64,000 bases of DNA from Candidatus Latescibacterota bacterium (GCA_965248265.1 CBDFJF010000002.1:3680001-3744000); one strand, 5' to 3'; shown: positions 18,583 through 29,018, counted from the stretch's first letter. Numbers and translations are program-made. The notes: generated from the letters alone by a model not told the origin.

Positions 18583-19911
18583 TTGGAACCTCCAAGTTTA
18601 GCCCAAGTAGCCATCTTCTTCATCGCTTCTGCGTTCGAGTTCGCACTCGCCAGCTACGAAGCAACCTTCGCTTTTTTGTCTCGATCATCTCTCGAGCGCC
18701 TGCGGGACGCAAGCGTGTCTAGAGCCGAGCCCATGTTGGGTATTCATGAACCGCGGCACCGACTGCACTCAATGGCCAGAATAGGTCAGATTCTCGGCGC
18801 CGTCGTCATGACGCTTTCATTCCTCTTCCTGATCCAACCCTTCCTCCAATCGTCACTCCAAGCCGTGCTCGCGACGTTCGGTACGTGCACGGTCGTCCTC
18901 TTCGCATCCACATCCCTGGCTCGCCGGATTCGTTTCGAGGAAGAAGGCGAGGATGACCATATTCCGGCCCTTACGCTCGCCTACGTGCCCGTGCATACCC
19001 TGCTGGTGCCCTTGACCAATTTGTACGAACGGATCACGCGGGGTGAATCGTCTGACGCGGACATCAAAGCGTCGAAGGAAGAGGAGCTGCGCAGCATGGT
19101 CGATGCCGAGGGCGAAACTGGCGTGTTGGAGGAAGGCGAGCGCGATATGATCCAGTCGGTCTTCGGTTTTCATGATCGCGTGGTCAGAGAAGTCATGGCT
19201 CCGCGCGTGGACATCGTTGCCGTTGAGCAGAACGCAACGCTGGAAGATTTACTCCGAGTAGCCAAGGAATCTGGTCATTCCCGGTTTCCACTGTACGAGG
19301 ACTCACTCGACCAGATTCGCGGCATCGTCTACACCAAGGATCTCCTTCACTTGATCGTGCAGTACCGAAACCTTGACCTCAATACTCCGCTGGTCGATTT
19401 CATGAAGAAACCGGGTGCGGACGGCGACGCCCTTTCCTTCGTCCACGAGCCCTATTACGTGCCGGAGACAAAAAAGGTGGACGAGTTGCTAACCGACCTG
19501 CGCAGCGCTCGCACCCGAATCGCCATCGTCGTCGACGAGTACGGCGGGACGGCCGGCCTGATCTCGACGGAGGATCTGGTAGAAGAGATTGTCGGAGAGT
19601 TGCAAGACGAGTACGACGAGGAAGAAGCGCTCTACCAGTGGCGCAAACAGGATGAAGTCCTCGTCGTCAACCCGAGAATCAACATCGATGAACTGAATGA
19701 GTTGATGGAGACTGATCTGCCAGCTGACGGCTTCGACACACTGGGTGGATTTATCTACCACCGCCTCGGGCAGGTACCTGAAATTGGCGAACACCTCCAA
19801 GCTCCGGGGTTGGAAATAGAGATCCTCCACGTCGAAGGGCAACGCATCGCCAAGGTGCTGATGACGAGAGTGCCTATCGAACACGAATCAGAGCAGAATC
19901 AGCTCAGATGA
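18583..19911 (+). CDS. HlyC/CorC-family CNNM-CBS protein (Mg2+/Co2+ transport)
   Basis: N-terminal TMs, VREVMAPRVDIV, GHSRFPLY, IVVDEYGGTAGLISTEDLVEEIVGEL, DTLGGFI; TTG 18583 follows AAGGAG SD. Confidence 0.9.
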   Translation: MEPPSLAQVAIFFIASAFEFALASYEATFAFLSRSSLERLRDASVSRAEPMLGIHEPRHRLHSMARIGQILGAVVMTLSFLFLIQPFLQSSLQAVLATFGTCTVVLFASTSLARRIRFEEEGEDDHIPALTLAYVPVHTLLVPLTNLYERITRGESSDADIKASKEEELRSMVDAEGETGVLEEGERDMIQSVFGFHDRVVREVMAPRVDIVAVEQNATLEDLLRVAKESGHSRFPLYEDSLDQIRGIVYTKDLLHLIVQYRNLDLNTPLVDFMKKPGADGDALSFVHEPYYVPETKKVDELLTDLRSARTRIAIVVDEYGGTAGLISTEDLVEEIVGELQDEYDEEEALYQWRKQDEVLVVNPRINIDELNELMETDLPADGFDTLGGFIYHRLGQVPEIGEHLQAPGLEIEILHVEGQRIAKVLMTRVPIEHESEQNQLR

Positions 19912-19936
19912 CCCAGCTCAGATGGAACGGCGTAGC

Positions 19937-19965
19937 TTGCCTCAGCCCTGGCAAGGAACTATATT
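19937..19965 (+). promoter_or_regulatory. Putative sigma70 promoter of tRNA-fMet
   Basis: TTGCCT-17 bp-TATATT, 11 bp upstream of the tRNA. Confidence 0.55.
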
Positions 19966-19976
19966 GATTCTTACGA

Positions 19977-20053
<77 letters not shown>

Positions 20054-20061
20054 ACATTTCG

Positions 20062-20097
20062 ATCAGGGAACCGGTTGCTTTGGTTCCCTGATTTTTT
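20062..20097 (+). terminator. Rho-independent terminator of tRNA-fMet
   Basis: ATCAGGGAACC / GGTTCCCTGAT 11-bp stem followed by T-run. Confidence 0.85.
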
Positions 20098-20143
20098 GTA
20101 TCCCTCTCTCTGTTATCTCTCTATATAGAGGTATTGACGATCT

Positions 20144-20470
20144 ATGCCACCCTTCGATCGAGTATCGGAATCGCCCGAGACGGATGTCCCCACAACGAGG
20201 GCCCGTCTGGACGAACGCTTCCTGGCCACGATCATCGGTGAAACTCCGCTGGACAGAGTCGAAGGGCAGGAACTGCGCCAGGTATTCCTGGCCGCTTTGG
20301 AGCAGTTGACCGCTGACGAGCTGAGGGTCATCGAGCTCCGTTTTCAACGCAAAAAATCGCCTGGACAGGTCGCCTCTCAACTGCGTATCGACAAAGAGGA
20401 AGTCAAGGCCCGGGAGAAGCGGGCGCTGGATAAACTCCGCGGTCCGATCTCGGAATACCTGGAGCCCTGA
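20144..20470 (+). CDS. Stand-alone sigma70 region-4 (HTH) domain protein
   Basis: ALEQLTADELRVIELRF...SPGQVASQLRIDKEEVKAREKRALDKLR resembles the C-terminus of RpoD/FliA; only 108 aa; GAGG SD. Confidence 0.7.
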   Translation: MPPFDRVSESPETDVPTTRARLDERFLATIIGETPLDRVEGQELRQVFLAALEQLTADELRVIELRFQRKKSPGQVASQLRIDKEEVKAREKRALDKLRGPISEYLEP

Positions 20471-20474
20471 AGCC

Positions 20475-22106
20475 GTGACAGAGCGGCGACCCCTCGGAGT
20501 CCAGCGCTTTGTCACCGTTGGGCTGGGCGGGTTGTCTGGTCTGCTGTACGCCCTCTCCATTCCCCGAGCTGATCTGGGCTGGCTGGCCTGGATCTGCCTG
20601 ACCCCCTGCTTCTACGCTGTCCATATTGCGAGCGATCATCGCTTCTCGCTGGGATTCAGCTGGATCGGCCGCGCAGCACAACTCGGTTTGGCATTCGGCA
20701 TCGTCTCCGGGATAGGACGTGTCTACTGGATCGCCGAGACGCTGACCAATTACGGAGCCCTGACCTCGAGCGAAGCGATCCTGACGACGGCGGCCCTGAT
20801 TCTCTACCTGGCCCTTTACCCGATCGGCTTCTTCCTGGTGATCAGCAGGCTGCTCCGTTTCGGTACGCCGAGCTTTGCCTGGCTTTCGGCTTGTGTCTGG
20901 GTAGTGCTGGAATGGGCCCAGAGCTGGATCATTACGGGATTTCCGTGGGAACTGCTCGGCTATAGCCAATACCGCTATCTACCACTTATACAGATCGTCT
21001 CTGTTACCGGCATTTACGGAGTCAGTTTCCTTCTCGCCGTGTTCAACGCCGGCCTCAGCCAGGCATTGATATTCCGGGCACGGCAGCTAACCTACATCAG
21101 CCCACCGCTGTTCCTGCTTGCCCTGGCGGCGACCCTGGGATACATCCGTTTGCAGGAACTCGACGCGTCATCAGACAGTGACGACCAAATTCAGGTCGGC
21201 ATTATCCAGGGGAATATCCAGCAGGGGGAGAAATGGAAGGAGGGCCGCTCCAAACGCTCAACTGAGAAGTACCTGGACCTGACCCGGCAGCTGGTGCAGA
21301 TAGAACGCACCACAGCTCTAGACCTGATCATCTACCCCGAAACCGCCCTGCCCTTTCCTCTCAACCACCCCGCCTATGACTCTTACCGTCAGCGCATTGT
21401 CTCACTCGCACAGGAGATCGAGGTCCCGCTGCTGGTAGGAGCACTGAAGCGTACCAGCGACAATCAGACGCTGAACAGAGCATTCCTGTTCGACGTGGAC
21501 GGCCGGGTAGTGGGCTCTTATGACAAGGTCCACCTCGTGCCCTTTGGCGAGTACCTGCCGATGCCGTGGTTGTTCCAATACATGGAAGGCCTGACTGCGG
21601 AGAGCGGTGCCTTCGCGAACGGAACAGGGTTCTCTTCCCTACCCCTGCATTTGCGAGGCGACCGGGTGCTGCCGTTCGGCGTCTTTATCTGCTTCGAATC
21701 GGTGTTTCCGGAAATTACCAGAGCGTTGGTGCAGGAAGGCGCTCAGTTCATCGTCAACACCACCAACGATGCCTGGTTCGGCCAGACAGCGGCCCCGTAT
21801 CAGCATCTGTCCATGGCTATCGTCCGTGCGGTGGAGACAGGCCGGCCGCTGCTGCGCGCCGCCAACACCGGCATATCCGCTGTCGTCGAACCGTCTGGTC
21901 AGATCCTGCAGACCACACAACTCTTCGACACCAAGGTGCTGTCTGCGTCAATCTCGCCGAGCACGGAACTGACGCCTTACGTCCGCTACGGCAACTTCTT
22001 TGTGGGGATTTGCGGGTTGGTGTTGGTTGGTTGCGCCCTGATCAAACTCAAGCGCCCACGATCGATGGCGAGCAGTCCACCCAGCGACGCTCATCAACCG
22101 CAGTGA
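20475..22106 (+). CDS. lnt: Apolipoprotein N-acyltransferase
   Basis: TGFPWELLGYSQ, IQGNI, YPETA, YDKVHLVPFGEY, ICFES, TNDAWFG, RAVETGR, RAANTGIS (E-K-C triad). Confidence 0.95.
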   Translation: MTERRPLGVQRFVTVGLGGLSGLLYALSIPRADLGWLAWICLTPCFYAVHIASDHRFSLGFSWIGRAAQLGLAFGIVSGIGRVYWIAETLTNYGALTSSEAILTTAALILYLALYPIGFFLVISRLLRFGTPSFAWLSACVWVVLEWAQSWIITGFPWELLGYSQYRYLPLIQIVSVTGIYGVSFLLAVFNAGLSQALIFRARQLTYISPPLFLLALAATLGYIRLQELDASSDSDDQIQVGIIQGNIQQGEKWKEGRSKRSTEKYLDLTRQLVQIERTTALDLIIYPETALPFPLNHPAYDSYRQRIVSLAQEIEVPLLVGALKRTSDNQTLNRAFLFDVDGRVVGSYDKVHLVPFGEYLPMPWLFQYMEGLTAESGAFANGTGFSSLPLHLRGDRVLPFGVFICFESVFPEITRALVQEGAQFIVNTTNDAWFGQTAAPYQHLSMAIVRAVETGRPLLRAANTGISAVVEPSGQILQTTQLFDTKVLSASISPSTELTPYVRYGNFFVGICGLVLVGCALIKLKRPRSMASSPPSDAHQPQ

Positions 22107-23163
22107 GTATGGCGTCTGCGACGGCCTGGGCGCGTAGACCATCAGCGAAGGACGGCACACACTCCCTTTCTTCGCGGATCGCGCTGATGAACTCCCAGGC
22201 CTGGTCGTAGCGGAAGGTTTGCACGGGATCTCCGTCTCGGGGATCCCGTGGAGAGTTGGCATAGATGAGCATCTCTTCTGGCACGGAGCGAGTTTCGTAC
22301 GGCTTGCCCCTCCGGGCGAACAGAATCTCATGCGGCGTGTGCAAGTGGTATGCGGCGGAGGCTTTACTTCCATTGAGCTCGGCCAGGTCGTGATCGCCTC
22401 CCGGCCCCCTACCCTTCGTCAGCTTCCCCATCTCAAACACGGCGGTGGCGCCAGATTCGAACTCCGCAATCCAGGCCACCCAGTCCTCCACGTCCTGAGG
22501 AGGACATGTCAACCCGGCAGGTGTTCGATCTCGCGGTACGACTTGTTTGGCCGATGCACAGACCGCTTTGATCGGACCAAGAAGGCTCTCGGCATAGTCG
22601 ATTCGGTGAATACCCATGTCCCCCAGTTCCCCGGAGCCGGCTTCATCGCGGTACTGACGCCAGCCGATCGAGAACTCACCCCAATCCTGCAGGCGTTGAA
22701 AGCGGGCATGCCGGATCTCCCCGAGCTCGCCGGCTGCGAGTAGATGGTGCAGGTACCTCATCCCCGGGACAAAGCGGTAGGTAAAGGCGGTCATGTGGCG
22801 CTTCCCCGATCGTGCGGCCTCTTCGTACAACAGCCTGGTTTCTTCGAAATCGAGCGCCAACGGTTTCTCGCACAGAACGTTGCATCCGGCCTTCAACGCG
22901 GCGCTCAGCAGTGAGCGATGGAACCGGTTCGGGGTGGCGATGGCGACGGCGTCTGGTGCAGTTTCACGGAAGAAGGTCTCAATATCGGAGCTGCCTCCGT
23001 CGATACCCCAGGCTTGTTGTCGTGCGCGCACCAACCCCTCGTCAGCATCGCACAAGCCTACCAGTTCCACGCCGGGAATGCGCGAAAACCCTGGATAGTG
23101 TACCGCTTCACAGACCGCTCCCAGACCGATCAGGCCGACGCGAACAACTGATTCGTTTGCCAC
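22048..23163 (-). CDS. Gfo/Idh/MocA-family oxidoreductase
   Basis: VGLIGLG, IATPNRFH, VLCEKPLA, GELGDMGIH; convergent 59-bp overlap with lnt. Confidence 0.9.
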   Translation of the reverse strand: MANESVVRVGLIGLGAVCEAVHYPGFSRIPGVELVGLCDADEGLVRARQQAWGIDGGSSDIETFFRETAPDAVAIATPNRFHRSLLSAALKAGCNVLCEKPLALDFEETRLLYEEAARSGKRHMTAFTYRFVPGMRYLHHLLAAGELGEIRHARFQRLQDWGEFSIGWRQYRDEAGSGELGDMGIHRIDYAESLLGPIKAVCASAKQVVPRDRTPAGLTCPPQDVEDWVAWIAEFESGATAVFEMGKLTKGRGPGGDHDLAELNGSKASAAYHLHTPHEILFARRGKPYETRSVPEEMLIYANSPRDPRDGDPVQTFRYDQAWEFISAIREERECVPSFADGLRAQAVADAILTAVDERRWVDCSPSIVGA

Positions 23164-23181
23164 GTGTATGATGTCCGCCAG

Positions 23182-24117
23182 CTAGGCCGGCTGGGCTGTT
23201 CGACTGATCAACTTACCGTTCTCCGCGAACAACAATTCCAGCATGGCTTTGAGCCTGGGCAAATCATCGGCAGCGACGTCCTCGGCAAAGGGTATCACGG
23301 GACCGCCAGCCAACCCCGCCTGGTCCATGGCCGCATGCAGCAAGGAGCCACTGTAGCGCGCAGCATTCTCACCGCGGAAGTCTTCGAAGGGGATCATGAG
23401 CTGTCGCAGTCTCTCGGCTTCGCTGCCATTTCCGCTGGCAAAGGCACGCAGTATTTCCAGGCTCATGAGCGGGACGAAATTGGCCATGCCTGAGCTGAAA
23501 CCAACGGCACCCCTGGCCAGGTAGTCCAAACAGGGATCCTCAGCCATGCCGCATATCATGGCCGCCTCCCGCGCGGCGCCTTCGGCGATACGTTCGAAGG
23601 AGGCTATGTCATCGACGGCGTACTTCAAGCCTACAACTTCATCCAATTCACACAGCTCAATCATTTGATCTACAGGCATGACATCCAGCCGTCTCTGGTA
23701 AAGGATCGTCGGCAAGGCGGTCTTCTCGGCGATCATTCGCAACCCGCTGCGTACCCCCAACTCCGATGCCGGACCCACGATCGGCATGATCATGACCCCA
23801 TCGACTCCCAGAGAACGGGCAATCTGCCCCATCTCCAGGGAGCGTCCGTAACCGGGGCCGATCCCGGGAACCACCAACATGTCGGACCCCGCGGCGGCAT
23901 CCATGAAGGCACCGACTACTGCCTCAAATTCTTCGAGGGTGGCATCGTAAACGAGGCCGGTTCCGCACATGGGCATGGCAAAATCAACTCCGTGCTCACG
24001 CAAAAACCTGACATTATTCCTGGCACCCTCCAGATCCACCGAGCCGTCGGCAGCCCTCGGGGTTATCGAGACGACGAGAACCGTCGCACATCGTTGTTGC
24101 GTCAACATGCCTGCCAT
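23182..24117 (-). CDS. DHDPS/NAL-family lyase (5-dehydro-4-deoxyglucarate dehydratase-like)
   Basis: SITP...DGSVD, CGTG, ILYQR, VVGLKYAV (Schiff-base Lys), GFSSGMANFVP. Confidence 0.8.
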   Translation of the reverse strand: MAGMLTQQRCATVLVVSITPRAADGSVDLEGARNNVRFLREHGVDFAMPMCGTGLVYDATLEEFEAVVGAFMDAAAGSDMLVVPGIGPGYGRSLEMGQIARSLGVDGVMIMPIVGPASELGVRSGLRMIAEKTALPTILYQRRLDVMPVDQMIELCELDEVVGLKYAVDDIASFERIAEGAAREAAMICGMAEDPCLDYLARGAVGFSSGMANFVPLMSLEILRAFASGNGSEAERLRQLMIPFEDFRGENAARYSGSLLHAAMDQAGLAGGPVIPFAEDVAADDLPRLKAMLELLFAENGKLISRTAQPA

Positions 24118-24151
24118 TCCCTTTCTTGAATGTCGTCTGACTTACCCTCTC

Positions 24152-24523
24152 TCACTTCCATACAGTCGTCGTCGAGGTCTCCAGAAACTTGTTGTATTTC
24201 TCTGCGTAGTCCTCACGCGGCGGACTGAATATATCGAGCACGCGACACGGCCCTTCTAGAACTTCTCCTTCGTGAACGACGTTGGGGGGTGCGATGAAGG
24301 CATCCCCGGGGCCAGCCACCTTTTCATCGGCGCCTATGCGGAAGCGCAGCTTACCCTCCATCACCAAGCCCGCCTGCTCATGGGGATGACTGTGTTCCGG
24401 AATCTGACATCCCTCCTCCATCACCAGAAACGACAACATCAGCTCCTTGCCCTGGGCAATGCCGCTGAGCGCCTTGGGAAAGAGTTCCAGCTTGGGCAGG
24501 TCATCTGCGGTGAAAAATGCCAT
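24152..24523 (-). CDS. Cupin-domain protein (KdgF-like)
   Basis: PEHSHPHEQ, PPNVVH, LDIFSPPREDY. Confidence 0.85.
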   Translation of the reverse strand: MAFFTADDLPKLELFPKALSGIAQGKELMLSFLVMEEGCQIPEHSHPHEQAGLVMEGKLRFRIGADEKVAGPGDAFIAPPNVVHEGEVLEGPCRVLDIFSPPREDYAEKYNKFLETSTTTVWK

Positions 24524-24571
24524 TCGATATCCTCCAGATTTCATGCTGTCAGCTCAATTTTGCCCCCGACC

Positions 24572-25917
24572 TCAAGAACGGACAAAGGTGCGCAGCCAAC
24601 GGTCGCTGCGGTAGCGCAGCAGCAGTGTCGAAAATCTCCCGAGCATGAGGCCGTCATACGCCAGCCAAACCCCGCGAAATCCCATATCAAGAAAATATGC
24701 TGTAAGGGCGAGTGGCAAGAACACACCGAAAGCGGCTACCAGCATCGAACCAAACAGGTACGCTACATCATTGGCACCGATGAGGATTCCGTCAAAAACA
24801 AACACCATGGCGTTGATCGGCTGTACCAGTGCGATCATCAGGGTAACGGACCCTATCGCCGCGAGCACCGAGGCATCCCTCGTAAACAGGGCCCCGATGG
24901 GCACGAGCCAGAAAGCGTAGACGACGCCGAAAGCGCCACCGATCCAAAGGCCCCAGATCAGCGTGCGGCGGGCCAACTGCCTCGCCCCGGTGAAATCCCC
25001 GGCGCCCAGCATGTTGCCTACCAGTACCTCGGTGGCGTGCGCAAATCCGTCGACGCCGAAGCTGACCAGAAGCCAAACCTGCCAGAGAACGGCGTGCGCA
25101 GCCAGTGGAATATCACCCAATCTCGAAACCGTAGCCAGCATCGAGAACTGCGCGAACAACAAGCACAGTGTGCGGCCGAACAGATTGAGATTCGTACCAA
25201 CCAGGTGACGCAAAGGCCCCGTATCCAACAATCGTCGTGAGGGTGCGACGATGAAGTGCCGGTATCTGACGAGAAGGATCGTCAGGCCTACGCCCAAGCC
25301 TACCGTGTTTGCCAACACGGATGCCCAGGCGGCGCCGATGACACCAAGCTCTGGAGCTCCCCATGCACCGAAAATCAAGGCGTAGTTACCAACGACATTG
25401 ACGATGCCGGCAACGACGGTCACATACAGTGGAGCCAGCGCGTTGCCGACGCCCAGAAAGAAGCCATTGAGCGCAAAGATCGACAGCACCATCGGTACTG
25501 ACAGCACGCGAACGGCGAAGTATGCCTGCGCCCACAGCTGCACCTCTTCGCTGCCACCGGCGAGCCTGAAACCCAATGGCGGGAACCAGCCACGCAGAGC
25601 CAGAACCAGGCAAGCAAGAACCAGCGCCAGAATCAGCGCCCGGTACAGGGTCTCCACACACGCACGCCGATCGCCGGCGCCGTGATACTGGGCGACCAGT
25701 GAGGTGGTACCCATGCGGAGAAAACCGATGCCCCAGAACAGGACATCGAAAAGCGTGCTCGCCGTGGCGACCGCGCCCAGAAAGGCCACGTTCTCGAGAC
25801 GGCCGATCATGGCGGTATCGGCAATGCCCACGAGGGGAACGGACAGGGCGGCTATGGCATTGGGAATGGCCAGGCACAGAATGCGTCTGTCGAGACCAGC
25901 CCCAGATGCCCCCCCAC
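24572..25917 (-). CDS. MATE efflux transporter (DinF-like); 5' end ambiguous
   Basis: Frame open upstream of GTG 25831 (LDRRILCLAIPNAIAALSVPLVGIADTAMIG); FLRMGTTSLVAQ, FGRTL, DGFAHA; no in-frame ATG/GTG/TTG before this. Confidence 0.85.
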
Positions 25918-25923
25918 GCTGGA

Positions 25924-26241
25924 TTAGCTGAGCGGGCGCCAGAGGTGTCTCTTCATGTCGATGTGATCACCATCAAAACAAATCCCCTCGGCCTCCAACA
26001 TGGCTCGTTGCATGTGGTGAAAGCCACTGGCGCTGCGGGGGGACACCTGTCCTCTGGCATTTATGACCCGATGCCAGGGCAGATCAACCTCGTCTGGGAC
26101 ATGGGCGAGAGCGTACCCAACCTGTCTGGCGCGGCCGGGCTTGCCGGCGAGATCGGCAATCTGACCGTAGGTGGCGACCCGGCCCAGCGGAATGCGTGCG
26201 ACCAGCCGGTAGAACAGGTCATAGGTGCCGTTCACGACCAA
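25924..26241 (-). CDS. Alkyltransferase-like (ATL, YbaZ-type) MGMT-family protein
   Basis: IPLGRVATYGQIA, ARQVG, PWHRV (Trp in place of active-site Cys). Confidence 0.9.
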   Translation of the reverse strand: MVVNGTYDLFYRLVARIPLGRVATYGQIADLAGKPGRARQVGYALAHVPDEVDLPWHRVINARGQVSPRSASGFHHMQRAMLEAEGICFDGDHIDMKRHLWRPLS

Positions 26242-26247
26242 CCCTGG

Positions 26248-26487
26248 TCAGCAGCCAGGCTCAGAGGTTTCGTCACGGCCTTCCAGAAAATCCAGGGCCT
26301 TGGCGTAGCTGCGCTTTTCGAGGTAATGGCGCAACATATTCGGTGCATCGGGTCCCAGTTCCTGAGCTAGATTGTCTATGGTGGCCAGTTGCTGTGTGAT
26401 GGAGTCGGAGCTACCTCCACCGGCACCGATCGTCTCCATCATGCTGGTCAAGGCGTCGTGCAGGGACTTCGTTGCGTCCTTCATCAT
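26248..26487 (-). CDS. Small helical hypothetical protein
   Basis: 79 aa ORF packed between co-oriented genes; LRHYLEKRSYAKALDFL. Confidence 0.65.
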   Translation of the reverse strand: MMKDATKSLHDALTSMMETIGAGGGSSDSITQQLATIDNLAQELGPDAPNMLRHYLEKRSYAKALDFLEGRDETSEPGC

Positions 26488-27215
26488 CCGGCCATTATCA
26501 GGTAGGTGACCCAGGAGTCGTGTGGGTTTTCAACCCAGTAGCTGGTACCCTGAGGCAGATGAATCATATCTCCCTCCGAGAAATCTACCCGTTCCCCCTC
26601 CACGCACAGCACCCCCTGCCCCTCGAGGCCATAGTACACATGCTCGACCTCGTCATCACAGAGTTCCACACTGCGGCCACCGGGTTGAACCGCCTCGCGA
26701 TCAATCGCCTTCATGCCTTGCAGACACCCATTGGATTCCTCGCCACTCTGTGACAGTTGATTCCACCGCATGGCTCCTTCGACATCCGTCCTCGGAGCCA
26801 CGTCTCGCCAGTTCCTGATCACCAATTCCCCTCGACCGGCGCACTCGGTGACCTCGACCTCCATGCTGATCACATGGTGCTCCAGCCAGTCCTCACTGGC
26901 GAAGTTGAACATCTGATGATAGACGTCGGGAGGGAGAAACACGGCATCGCCCGCCTCGACCGGATGGCGCCTGTCGTCGAACACGACCTCGCCAGACCCG
27001 GCGATGACATAATACACCTGCTCGATATTCTCGTGCTTGTGATAGTCTGAACCCTTGCGCCCCTGCAACAAGTGACGGGCGAAACCGTGAAGGCGATGCA
27101 GTCTGTTGCGGTCATCGTCAGAGCCATCAGACTGATGTCGCAACCCCCCCCAGTGCACGGCGCTCAGATGAGCAATGCCGGTCTTGGTGTCTCTCCAGTT
27201 CTTGATATATACCAC
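26484..27215 (-). CDS. Bicupin protein
   Basis: Internal duplication (IKNWRD...HKHENIEQVYY / IRNWRD...EVEHVYY). Confidence 0.8.
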   Translation of the reverse strand: MVYIKNWRDTKTGIAHLSAVHWGGLRHQSDGSDDDRNRLHRLHGFARHLLQGRKGSDYHKHENIEQVYYVIAGSGEVVFDDRRHPVEAGDAVFLPPDVYHQMFNFASEDWLEHHVISMEVEVTECAGRGELVIRNWRDVAPRTDVEGAMRWNQLSQSGEESNGCLQGMKAIDREAVQPGGRSVELCDDEVEHVYYGLEGQGVLCVEGERVDFSEGDMIHLPQGTSYWVENPHDSWVTYLIMAG

Positions 27216-27367
27216 TATGTATGTTTCCCAATTAAGGTTCTAAATCGCCCACTGCTGGTTCCCTATTAGGGTACGGTTCAACATCTGGTTCGGCAACTTC
27301 AGGAAATTTACTCGTCAGCGACACTGAGTCCAGACGACCGCGACCCGCGATTCCCGAGCCGCGGACC

Positions 27368-27859
27368 TCACCCCAGCAACGGCACCATCTCCTCCAGTTG
27401 TCCCGTAAGCTCAAGGTACTGCAGACCCACTGAGAGCAATCCCAGCACAAAGCCTATGAGTGCTCGATAGACGACCAGCCGGTAGTGCCGGATACCCTGG
27501 TACAGAGCTCGTGAGCTGTAGCCGATGGCGGCGGCGGAAAGCATGAGCATCAACCAGGAAACCAAGAACAAGCCGCAGGCCAGAATACCGAGGACAAGGC
27601 CGTAGTTGGCCCCGAGGATGACCGCCTGGCCGCGGCCAGCTTCGTCCTCCTCCTCCTCCTCCTCGGCTTCGGGCTCCGGGGTTTCCTCCTGCACATTCTG
27701 GCTGTCAGTCACCGGTTGTGTTTCGTCCTCACCGTCACCGGATTCGACGTCTGCCGTTTTCGTCCCGAGCAGTCCGAGCAAACGGGCTACCCACAGGAAG
27801 GTGACGACGAGAATGGCGAACGCGACAATCAGAAGAAACAGGGCAAGGACCGAATTCAT
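27368..27859 (-). CDS. Hypothetical membrane protein with acidic linker
   Basis: N-terminal TM, poly-Glu linker encoded by (TCC)6 at 27645-27662, further C-terminal TMs. Confidence 0.65.
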   Translation of the reverse strand: MNSVLALFLLIVAFAILVVTFLWVARLLGLLGTKTADVESGDGEDETQPVTDSQNVQEETPEPEAEEEEEEDEAGRGQAVILGANYGLVLGILACGLFLVSWLMLMLSAAAIGYSSRALYQGIRHYRLVVYRALIGFVLGLLSVGLQYLELTGQLEEMVPLLG

Positions 27860-27880
27860 GGCGGGTAATGTGCCGGTGAT

Positions 27881-29011
27881 TCAGCGCAGCGCCGAAACCC
27901 CTCCGCCTTTCTGAGCCCGCGAGACCTCCTTCTCTACATCGGACTGCCTGACCATCGTCGTATCCCCCGGCGTCCCTTGAACCAGGATGCCGTGCGCAGC
28001 TCCCCACTCGACCGCTGTATCGGCTTCCTTTCCCTTGAGCAGCGCCGCCACCACACCGGAGGCGAACGAATCTCCCCCGCCGGTGCGATCCGCGATTTCG
28101 ATATTCTCGCGGACCGGCGCCTGATGGATGGTATCGGCTTCGGTGTCGAAGAGGACGGCGCCCCAGTTTATGCGGTCAGCGCTGAGCGCACCCCGCAGCT
28201 GCGTCCCTATCAACTTGACGTTGGGATAATCGGCCGCCACCTGATGAAGCATTCCCGAGTACACGGCCAGCCACTCCTCGAAAGGAGCATCCTTCGAGAC
28301 ACTCTGCGTCTCGTAGCCCAGGGCATCGGAAAAGTCGTCCTGGTTGCCGACCAGAAAATCGACATGCGGTACGATGGAGCGGTTGATGCTGCGGGCTCGC
28401 TCCTTGTCCGGCTCGACCTTCGAGCGGTAGTTGAGGTCGAACGATCGGCCGACCTCGTGCTCTCCTGCCTTCTTCATGGCCTCGAGCGCCAGATCGGCGG
28501 TCTTGGGCGATAGCAGAGTGTATATCCCGCCGGTGTTAAACCAACGGACGCCGAGATCGCCGAAGAGGGTATCCCAGTCCACGTCGCCAGGGCCGATCTC
28601 TCGAATCGGCGTATGGGCCCGGTAATACTCGGTCACCGACGGCAGGACCCCCTTACCAGCCCACGTGAAGTTTATACCATTGTGCAACGTACCCCTGGCG
28701 TCCGTACTGTAGTCGCCTTTGCTACTATTATCGAACCAGATGATGTGACTGGAATCAAGGCCAGCTTCACGTAACTGATTCTCGATGTTACGCCCGACGC
28801 CATCATCGACAAGAGCAGTCACCACGGCGGCACGCAACCCGAAGGTGTAGGACAACCCAACCGCCACATTGGTCTCTCCTCCACCCTGCCAAATCCGTGC
28901 GAAACGGGCACGCGCAGACGGCACATCACCCGGATCCAGTCGCAGCAGCACCTCCCCCAGAGACATCGCATCGTAGTGTGTGCGATCTTCCGTCTTCAGA
29001 TTCATGTTCAT
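27881..29011 (-). CDS. PfkB-family sugar kinase (2-keto-3-deoxygluconate kinase-like)
   Basis: LGEVLLRL, GGGETNVA, FDLNYRSK, DRTGGGDSFASG. Confidence 0.88.
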   Translation of the reverse strand: MNMNLKTEDRTHYDAMSLGEVLLRLDPGDVPSARARFARIWQGGGETNVAVGLSYTFGLRAAVVTALVDDGVGRNIENQLREAGLDSSHIIWFDNSSKGDYSTDARGTLHNGINFTWAGKGVLPSVTEYYRAHTPIREIGPGDVDWDTLFGDLGVRWFNTGGIYTLLSPKTADLALEAMKKAGEHEVGRSFDLNYRSKVEPDKERARSINRSIVPHVDFLVGNQDDFSDALGYETQSVSKDAPFEEWLAVYSGMLHQVAADYPNVKLIGTQLRGALSADRINWGAVLFDTEADTIHQAPVRENIEIADRTGGGDSFASGVVAALLKGKEADTAVEWGAAHGILVQGTPGDTTMVRQSDVEKEVSRAQKGGGVSALR

Positions 29012-29018
29012 GATCCGA

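Noticed and set aside
24272-25240. 322-aa + strand ORF
   Set aside because: Antisense to the MATE and cupin genes; no recognisable domain.
27645-27662. (TCC)6 microsatellite
   Set aside because: In-frame poly-Glu linker; length change would not shift the frame.
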